Assembly: GCA_013239625.1 (NCBI GenBank)
Contig: MU053574.1
Location: forward strand, 248,001-285,879
Reading direction: 5' to 3'
Source: Lama guanicoe
Lineage: Eukaryota
Length of the DNA: 37,879 nucleotides
Made by a program: the position numbers and the translations under genes. The first letter of the stretch is position 1; the number at the start of each line of letters is the position of its first letter. Shown here in pieces: positions 23,955 through 32,279 of the stretch. A model generated the notes under the pieces. The model searched no databases. It was given only the letters and a program-made list of their open reading frames with translations, and was not told where the DNA came from.

Positions 23955-24410
23955 TTTGTTTTCACCCCAGTGGTTCCTTATCTCTCATATCTAAGACACT
24001 CTCTTTAGGAAATGTGGAAAGAGCTGCAGCACAGAGGCGTTCCTCTTGGTGTTATTTATGACAGTGGAAACTGTGTGCCGTTGGAACGTTCAGTCATGGG
24101 GCATGTTTAAGGAGGACACGCCCACTTGATGGAGCATTGCGTGGCCAGTGAAATCGGTGGCAGTGAAGAGGTGGGCCAATGTGAATAAACGCCGTGGTAG
24201 TTATAACATGTGATGGGGAAAGTCAGGACATAAAATCTGTATGCTGTGATTATAATGATAAACATAGGATCCAGAAGGGAACATGACATCCTGTGAGTAG
24301 CTTGTTAAGTAAGGGTGATGGAGATATCAGAAACATTAATTTTCTGTTATCTTAAAGTTCCAGTCTTTCTATAAATTTATTTTCTATGAAGAAATAAAAT
24401 ATTATTATTG
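23955..24410 (+). mobile_element. Old L1ME-like 3' UTR fragment
   Basis: Degraded 3' UTR-like tract (gttatttatgacagtggaaa..., cattgcgtggccagtgaaa...) ending A-rich. Confidence 0.45.
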
Positions 24411-24476
24411 TATAATAATTCCCCCAAACCTGAAGAAGTAAAAATAGACGAGCATCTTTCCAAATTCTCTGCCTAG

Positions 24477-24558
24477 GGCTGGATTCTGGACGGCATCCCT
24501 GAAACGCGAGAGCAGGCTCTGATGATCCAGACCCTGGGCATCGTCCCCAGACACGTCA
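24477..24558 (+). CDS. AK8: AK8 coding exon (~exon 6), [27 protein letters not shown]
   Basis: Acceptor ttctctgcctAG, donor A|GTGAGT, 82 nt, phase 0-1. Contains the adenylate kinase signature region GWILDGIP. Confidence 0.96.
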
Positions 24559-25096
24559 GTGAGTGGCCCCCCACCCCATGGGGCCCGTCCCCCAGACTGC
24601 AGCCCCCAGATCCACGAGTGAGCGCCCTGCTCTGTGTCACCAGCTCCCCGGTGTCCACCCTCAGTCCAGGCACCATCCAAGAGGGGTTTGATGGGCCTGT
24701 GACCCAGTGGGAAAAAAGAGGACCCAGCAATCGAATTTCCCACAAAGCTAAATGCATTCAGGGCTTGTGCTAAAAAAATGTGGGGTTTGGCTTTGACCCT
24801 GGTGATTCCCTGTTTCAGGAATCAGGTATCTGGGAAACTCTCTTTAGCCAGTAATCCCAAATGTGGTGAAAGTGTTCTGTACCAAGATGCTCATTGTGGT
24901 GTCATTTATGACAGGGATGGCGGTCCTCAGGCCAAGTTAAAGTGCAGGCTCCCTCTGTCCAGAGATAACACGTTTGTGTTCTGGGCCAAGAAGACCTCTC
25001 TTTTAAGGGATTATTGGGGATGGGAGGTGGTGGTTGGTTAATGTCCTCATGCAGCAAAAGCTCCGGAGCTCACCATGCTCCTTTCTCCTCTGCCAG

Positions 25097-25168
25097 TCGT
25101 GCTGAGCGCGCCAGACACGGTCCTGATTGAGAGAAACTTGGGGAAGAGACTTGACCCTCAGACTGGAG
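25097..25168 (+). CDS. AK8: AK8 coding exon (~exon 7), (I)[23 protein letters not shown]
   Basis: Acceptor ctttctcctctgccAG, donor G|GTACGG, 72 nt, phase 1-1. Encodes the start of the AK LID motif (R-x-D-P-x-T-G). Confidence 0.96.
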
Positions 25169-25289
25169 GTACGGCCGTCTCCACCCCGACCCTCCCCACC
25201 CCGGGGTGGGGGGCAGGTTCCGGAGGTGATCCTAGGAACAGACCCATGCACCCCTTACTGAGCACTTACCCTTAGGCTGTGGTGGTAGG

Positions 25290-25480
25290 CAGACCCGGAT
25301 CTGTGGCTCCTGCCCCCTTTCTAGCTGTGGGATGCTGGGCGAGTTCCCCAGCATCTCTGAGACTTGGTTTTCTCATCTGGACTTGAGAATTAAAATACCG
25401 AGCCCTGTCTTACAATCCAGTCACTGTGAGTATGAAATGAGGGCCTGCAGGTGGGTGCCTGGCTCAGAGTGAGCGCCAAG
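25290..25480 (+). mobile_element. MIR SINE in intron 7
   Basis: ctagctgtgggatgctgggcgagttccccagcatctctgagacttggttttctcatctgg...tgaaatgag...gtgcctggctcagagtgagcgc. Confidence 0.75.
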
Positions 25481-25639
25481 GTCACGGCTGTCCTGCCCTG
25501 GTGCCGAGGAGCATCATCGTTTTGTTACTGTTCAGAGTGATGTATGAGCAGACCTGGAGCCAAAGCCTCGCGCTGCACCACTGATCTGGGCGAACCAGCG
25601 CCCCCGGGACTCGCAAGCTCTGCCTCTGGGATGGTGGGT

Positions 25640-25646
25640 GACTAAC
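25640..25646 (+). promoter_or_regulatory. Splice branch point of intron 7
   Basis: GACTAAC is a near-perfect U2-pairing motif about 22 nt upstream of the exon acceptor, followed by a C-rich pyrimidine tract. Confidence 0.7.
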
Positions 25647-25667
25647 CACGTACCCCTCCCCTTGCAG

Positions 25668-25868
25668 AGATTTATCACACCACCTTCGACTGGCCCCCTG
25701 AATCTGAAATCCAGAACCGACTGATGGTGCCAGCAGGCATCTCAGAGGGGGAGACCGCACAGAAGCTGCTGGAGTATCACAGGAACATCACCAGGATCCT
25801 CCCCTCGTACCCCAAAATCCTGAAAGTCATCCCTGCTGACCAGCCGTGTGTGGACGTCTTCTCCCAGG
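25668..25868 (+). CDS. AK8: AK8 coding exon (~exon 8), (E)[66 protein letters not shown]
   Basis: Branch point GACTAAC at 25640-25646, acceptor cccttgcAG, donor G|GTGAAT, 201 nt, phase 1-1. Ends AK domain 1. Confidence 0.96.
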
Positions 25869-26164
25869 GTGAATGCTGACGGGCCCCTCCACCTTCCCGT
25901 CCTGGTGACACCTAACCTGGCGGCACTGCCAGAGGCCAGTGTCCAGGGTGTGCCTGGGACCCTGAGAGTCCAGTCGTGGGTGGCCCAGGCTCCCTGCGCA
26001 GAAACAAGTGTGGAGTCCCTGGGAGAGCCCCATCTAGAGATCCTGGGCTAATGGTCTACCCTCCCAAGTGGTCAGGTGATTTGACAGTGAGGGGGTGGGG
26101 CGAGGAGAGGTGAGGGGTGGGGTGGGAGGGACATGGAGCAAGAAGTTTTGACCTGAGTATGAGG

Positions 26165-26285
26165 GCCTATGATGAAAAAGAATATGAAAAGGAATATATA
26201 TATATGTATAACTGAATCACTACGCTGTACACCAGAAATTAACACAACATTATAAATCAACTATATTTCAATTAAAAAAAAAAGA
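26165..26285 (+). mobile_element. Very short young L1 3' tail
   Basis: cctatgatgaaaaagaatatgaaaaggaatatatatatatgtataactgaatcactacgctgtacaccagaaattaacacaacattataaatcaactatatttcaattaaaaaaaaaa. Confidence 0.85.
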
Positions 26286-26342
26286 AACAACACGGTGAAA
26301 CTGCAGAACACCAAAGGTAGAGGAAATTTAATAGCAACCAGG

Positions 26343-26625
26343 TGGCAGGGGGAGGGATAAATTAGAAGTTTGGGATTAACAGATACACACTACTATATAT
26401 AAAACAGATAAACAACAAGGACCTATTGCATAGCACAGGGAACTATATTCAATATCTTGCAATAACCTATTATGGAAAAGGATCCGAAAAAAATAGATGT
26501 ATACGTATGTATAACTGAATCATTTTGCTGTGCACCTGAAACTAACACAACTAACACAACATTGTAAATCAACTAAACATCAATTAAAATAAATACAGAA
26601 ATAATTAAAAAGATAAATAAAACAA
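26343..26625 (+). mobile_element. Second young L1 3' tail, with an internal 9-bp duplication (ACTAACACA x2)
   Basis: gggataaattagaagtttgggattaacagatacacactactatatataaaacagataaacaacaaggacctattgcatagcacagggaactatattcaatatcttg is a cetartiodactyl L1 3' UTR. Confidence 0.9.
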
Positions 26626-26819
26626 ACAGCCGTACAAACCAAACCCACCACCACCACAAAAAGCAAAAAACTGCAACACAGCCCGGGTGTCCTGAGTCCT
26701 CTGAGGACCGGCGCTGCGCTGCCGTCCAGAGCAATGACCAGTGTTGACAGCGCGTCCCGGGAGCTGGCTGCAGCAGCCCTGTGTGGGGAGCGGGGGGGTG
26801 GGGGTGTCTAATGAGTCCC

Positions 26820-27060
26820 GAGACTTTGGAGCCAGGTGACCTGACAAATCCCAGCCCCACCATCCAGCAAGCTGTGCAGTCTGCGGTGACTCTTTTACCC
26901 CCTCTGAACCTCAGTAGTGTCCTCCCTAAAATGGGAACAAAAATCCTTCCCTCCGCACCGACTTGGGTGAGGCTTCCGTGAGGTCCCAAAAAGCGTGTAT
27001 CTACAGCTGTGAGCCCAGTAGCTGGTGCGGAGAAACGGCTCAGCAGACATCAGACATCGC
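26820..27060 (+). mobile_element. MIR SINE
   Basis: gactttggagccagg...aaatcccagccccacc...gctgtg...cctctgaacctcagtagtgtcctccctaaaatgggaacaa. Confidence 0.7.
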
Positions 27061-27479
27061 TGTCAGCATGATTCAACAGCCTGTCCCAAAAGACAAGGAA
27101 CCTTAGAATAATTCTGCCCCAGAGCAGCTGAATTATCTTCTTTTTAAAGTATTGCTGAGCTTCAGCTGTCCCCGCACCTGCTTACCCCTTCTACGCAGTG
27201 CCGGGTCCCTGACACCATGAACATAGCACCGCGGGCACTTAAGGCACTTGACAGTTTGCAGTGTCCTTTTTTGGTATATTCTCTCAGATCTCTTCAGGAA
27301 GTTTTGTTTTGGTGGGGAGGTGGTCTGAGCTCCCTGGACCGGCCCCCCCACTGGCCCCCACCTGCCAGTGGACTCATCTGAGCAACTTCGCTTTACTGAG
27401 AGCCGGAGACGGCGCAGCCTGGCCCTCCGAAGGGGTCAGTCAGTGATGGAGGATGTCTGGAGAATGATGCTACTTTAAA

Positions 27480-27920
27480 AACTGCCAGGCGTGCAGATGC
27501 CTTATAAATTTCCAGTGATTTTGCATCTCGGAAGGGTCTTTAGTAGCAGACACTGCACTCTAAAGATAAACAACCACAACATTTATCTTATGCCATGATT
27601 CTGAATTTACACATTAATTACTTCCAAATTACTTAATTAAATTTAAAAGTTCAGATGATCGTTCATAAAGAATTCATGCCTGGAATTGTAAATAAAAATG
27701 TGAGTGTCTGAATATTAATTATTATTAATTAATAATGCAGAGAGATAAATTGAAAATTGGAATGCCAAATTCTCTCTGTGTTGTTTTTTTAATCTCTCTG
27801 CAGTGCATCCAGCAACCACATATTTTTAAAAAGAATAATTAGATGTTGAGACTGTCTGGGGGATCATTACTTCTAATTAACTTAGTTATTTGCTGTAAAT
27901 TAAGCATCGTCTGTTAGCCG
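27480..27920. promoter_or_regulatory. Candidate conserved intronic enhancer (AT-rich, homeodomain-site dense)
   Basis: Sharp AT-rich, non-repeat island in GC-rich flanks with many TAAT/ATTA cores, TTAATTAA, GATA and forkhead-like motifs. Conservation is inferred, not tested. Confidence 0.5.
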
Positions 27921-28345
27921 GCTGCTTCGCCTGTAGTGTTGGTGCCCTTCAGATGTGCCGGGTCACGGAAGGCCTGAGGAGCAAGGCAGCCTTGCTCGAA
28001 TCTCTTCCTCCGGGTTAGTCTCAGCGGTGGAAAGTGCCCCCATGGCAGCGGGTTTGGGAGAGCTGCCCCAGCCCTGCCAAGTCTCTGTAAAAGGGGGACG
28101 AGAAGAACGCATCCCTCGTGGGACTGTGCTCGGATCAGAGCTGTTAAGGCCGGGAGAGAGTCTAGCTTGGCGGTGAATGCCTGCTCGCCGTAACGATGCT
28201 GACTGTCACCCTGACCTTGAAGACGGGCAGGTTACCTGTGCATTTAGCTCTAAAAGAGGGGGATCGTAGTGTCTCTGATGATCCTTCCAATCAAAAAAAT
28301 CCTACAAGGATTGGCGAGTTCAAAATTTGCCCAGTGAACATCTCC

Positions 28346-28510
28346 CAGTGGGTCTCAATTTTGCCCTCCTACCCCCGGGGGACATTTGGCGACGTCTAGA
28401 GGCATTTGTGGCTGTCACAACTAGGGAGCACGCCACTGGCACCTGATGGTAGAGGCCAGGGAGGTGAGCCAGACGTCAAGAGTGCGAGGCTGGCAAACCC
28501 TGCCCCCTGC
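28346..28510. mobile_element. MER20 hAT-Charlie DNA transposon
   Basis: cagtgggtctcaa...ttttgccc...ggggacatttggcgacgtctagaggcatttgtggctgtcacaactaggg...actggcacctgatggtagaggccaggga matches the remembered MER20 consensus. Confidence 0.85.
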
Positions 28511-29538
28511 CACAGGCTGCAGGGTCGCAGGGTTCCTGAAGGCGGCATGTGGGCTCGGCCCCTCATCCTGGGTGAAATCCATTTGCAGGCAGGAAGGTGT
28601 TTCAGGGCCACCCTCAGCCGACCTGGCACAGAATGATCTGGGCCCCTGGCAGGAGGCGGGCCTGGGAAGGGAAACCGGGTTTTGATGGGAGGCGGGGTGG
28701 GGAGCTGATCCACCCGCGGCCTCAGCACGCGGAGTGGCTGCCCTTTAAGGACATCCTCAGCCTGCTCTCACACCCCCTCCTCCACCCTCCGCTCTGGGTG
28801 GGAGGTGACCTGGTTTGATGTTCAGTGGCTTTTGGCATCCAGGGCTCCCCACGGCTCAGGCTTCTCACCCCCGTCTCCCCACTTCCTTGCTCATCAAATG
28901 CCGGGGGCACTGTGGGCCAGGGCCACACAGCCCCACCTGCCCGCTCCTGGGACCTGTTTGATCGCAGCCTCTTTGGAGGCTCGCAACAAAGTTGGTGTCA
29001 CCGGAGCACGGCTGCCAATTATTCTCCACCAATTCCCGAGTCCTTTAGAAGTCCCCGCGTGCCAGGCCCCCGTGCGGCCTGTGCATTTATCAAAGTTCGT
29101 GTCTGACTCTAGGTCAGCCCGGTCCCAGGGCTTCAGGGTGAGGCTCAGCCTGGATACAATTTAAAATCTTCTCAACCCAATATTCGGAGTGTGTCCCGTG
29201 TCCCGGGACCAGCCCCCAACAACACTGCAGCCTTCCTTGGACCAGGAGGGAAGTGTGGACACCGTGCTGTGGGAGAAGAATTCCAGGGCAGGGCTCTGCT
29301 CAGAGGCTGGCTTCTGTGCATCATTGCCCCCTCCCGCCTTGGTACCCAGGCCGGAAGGGTAATTCCTCCCCCCGCAGCTTCGGCCTGTGGCTGCTTGGCA
29401 GATGCACAGAGGGTTTCCATGAAGCTGTAAAAGACAGAAATAATTCCTGCCGTCACGAGACCCCAAGCAGAGGCAGACTCGGCTGGTTCCCCTTCTTTAG
29501 GACCAGGGTTTATTATCCTCACATATTCTCTCTTCCAG

Positions 29539-29670
29539 CTCTGACCTATGTCCAAAGCATCCACAGATCTAATGCCCCGTTCACCCCGAGGGTGCTGCTG
29601 TGCGGGCCCGTGGGCAGCGGGAAGAGTCTGCAGGCCGCCCTCCTGGCCCAGAAGTACGGCCTCGTCAACG
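29539..29670 (+). CDS. AK8: AK8 coding exon (~exon 9), (A)[43 protein letters not shown]
   Basis: Acceptor ttctctcttccAG, donor G|GTGAGT, 132 nt, phase 1-1. Walker A/P-loop GPVGSGKS of AK domain 2 at 29604-29627. Confidence 0.97.
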
Positions 29671-30319
29671 GTGAGTGCCCCGGAGCCAGCCTTCCCGGGT
29701 TACGGAGCGGGAGGCGGAGGTCAGCGTCACCTCTCTTTCTTGCTCTCTGCTCTGAACCATTTCCCATTAATCCATCTTTTCAGGGATAAGGGTTTTTCCT
29801 CCCAAAGGTCATTGCCATAAAAACATTAACCGATAAAAACATGCCCACAGCCCAGAGGGCTGGAACGTTTCCTGATCCTCATTTTTCTTGTCCTTTGGAG
29901 CAGTGGTTTTTCTGTGCTCGGCCCCAGAGGTGCTTCCGTCCGGCCCCTGCAGTCTCGCATAATGGGGACCTGCTGTTTGTTTATTTCCTCCCGCCTCGCG
30001 TGGCTCCCCCAACCCGGGTCAGCGTGCTGACAGGCAGACGATTTCTGAACCAGAGGAAGACTTCTCGCTCAGCACCGTTTCAATAAATATTTTACCAGGA
30101 GGAGAGAAAATATTGAAATCAGTTCTCCAGGTCTTTCCTGGGGTGGTCCCAGGCGGTCGTGGATGCCAGCCTGGCTTCAGGAGGGTAAAGGGTGGAAAGG
30201 AGGCTGTAGCAGACACAGTGCTGGACGGAGGCAAAGGCACTGGACCCCTCCCACTTCAAATGCTCCAGGAGTCTAAGTAGCCCTGCTTTATTCACCAAGG
30301 GGACATGAGCCCTGCACCC

Positions 30320-30428
30320 CACATATGTAAACATGCACCTGTAGCCCCCAAAGTGTGCACACACACCACACAGATACATGTGTATACTCTCACACACACT
30401 ATATATATATATATTATATATGTGTATA
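30320..30428. repeat. (CA)/(TA)-rich simple repeat
   Basis: cacacacaccacacagatacatgtgtatactctcacacacactatatatatatatattatatatgtgtatac. Confidence 0.75.
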
Positions 30429-31559
30429 CCATCCCAGAAAGATCAAGTTTGGAATAAAAATGCTTTCAGTTACGTCTCCTCCAACTTAAAATTCCAAAAA
30501 CCACTGAGATTCCTTAGCCAGGAATCAATGACAGAAATCATACCCATAAATTGAAGGCTCAGAGAGCTGAGCAATTATTCTGATTAGTATGAAAAAAGTA
30601 GTAACGGTCGTATTCGTGTTTTAGTGAAAATACTAAAGAGTAGGATTCTGATTTGACGAATATGGAAAAATAGACTGGGCCCTTTAGGGAAAAAAAGGCT
30701 TTTACTTGTGTCAGTGGTTTTATTTTAATGGCATTATTCAGATGATTCCTCCTCCGTCTGAGTTTACCTCTTCAGAGTACCGTAAGGCTGCCTTTCCCAC
30801 CAGGGGAAGGACGACCCCTTTGTTAAGAGCGAGCAGCAGCCTGCTGGCAGCTGCACCCGCGCGCTTGTGTAAGTGCCTGCGCTTCCTGCTCCGTGAGGAC
30901 ACGCGCGGGGCTGTAGGGGGCAGCCCCTTAACGGCAGAGGGAGGGCCTGACACCACGACGGCAGTACCTTCACATGGCGCCCAGCTTAATGCAACTCACT
31001 GTCACTCTGCTGGATTTTGCTTTTGCAGACGCTCTCATTCAAGGAAAGTATTTTTTAATCTATACTGTTTCCAGCACGCCCATCATAAAGAAATGAAATC
31101 ACCTGCCTAGATTTTTTCCAAAAATGAAAATAAGAAGAGCTCATCGTGGTTTTTGCTTTGGAGCAGAAGGGCCATTCTGGGGCTCTTTGCAATAATTGAG
31201 CATTTGGAGACTAACCTAGAAAGTTCACATTTCTCAGAGATATTCTTGATAAATACAAGACATTGTGAGATTTCCATAAACCTATTTAGGGAGCTGTGGT
31301 TGGCAGAGGCAAGCACTGAGCTTGAGGTCTCTTGGCAGAGGCCTGACTGCACCCAAGGCTCCGGGAACCGCCTGCCCCACCCCACCCCTTCGGCCCCCGG
31401 CCTTCCTCTGACTTGGTTCTAATCTCAGCATCTATGAACCTCTCAGTCATCGGAAAATATCTCCAAACAAGCTAACATTCACACCAACACGGATCTCGTG
31501 TTATTGTAAACAGGCACATCTTTTTGAAGATGAAGATCACTCTTGATTAACATATTCGC

Positions 31560-31970
31560 TGTGCACATCTTTCGGTCCCGTGATTTCACACCTAGGATTT
31601 TATTCTGCTGAAACACCCAAATACTCGGCGAGAGATGTGAAGACTGTGTAATGAACAATAAAAGACAATCCCAGTCCTGTTCATGAGAGGGTTAGTTAAG
31701 TAAGTGATGGGCAGCTATTAGAAAGACACCTCCTGTAAAGTGCCTGGATGTCCATGATGTGTTGTTGCATGAGGGTGGGGTGGAAAGCAAGTTGCTCAGC
31801 AGTGTTCAGGGAACGGTCTCGTTTTTGTTCAAAAACATGTTAGCCTGTGCTCAGAAAAAGTCTGAAGGACCATCCGTATAGCAAATCGGTTATCTCCATA
31901 GAGCCATGTATTATCAATTCTGATTCTTTTTTCCTGCATCGAGCATGAATTTTCTAACCAGAAACAACCG
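31560..31970 (+). mobile_element. Old L1ME-like 3' UTR fragment
   Basis: gatttcacacctaggattttattctgc...gagagggttagttaagtaa...gatgtccatgatgtgttg...aaagcaagttgc; diverged. Confidence 0.5.
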
Positions 31971-32279
31971 TGAAAAATTCTGTTAAAATACGACTGATAT
32001 TAGTCATTGAGTGCCTGCTGCACACAGTGCACTGTATTTGGTACACAGATGGGGACAATGTAGGGAGAATGAGAGGAACTTCAGGACAGAGGTGGGTTCT
32101 GCTGGGCTGGGGGAGGGGAAGGAGTGAGCCGAGGCGGGGCTGGTCCTGGCAGAGTCCCGGATCTTCTGTGTCTGCAGCCTTCGTACTTGGACCCTCTCGG
32201 AAGTCTTTCTTCGTGAGAGGTTGTAGGTTGAGGTGGCCATGCGCGGGGGTTCTAAACCATCCTTTCCCGATAAAAACAC

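Noticed and set aside
28721..28740. REST/RE1-like sequence CTCAGCACGCGGAGTGG
   Set aside because: Spacer length and the right half-site do not fit TCAGCACCnnGGACAG.
29253..29789. 178-aa ORF containing a P-loop, read as a stand-alone kinase gene
   Set aside because: Only 29539-29670 is AK-like and it is bounded by canonical splice sites; the rest is intron read-through.
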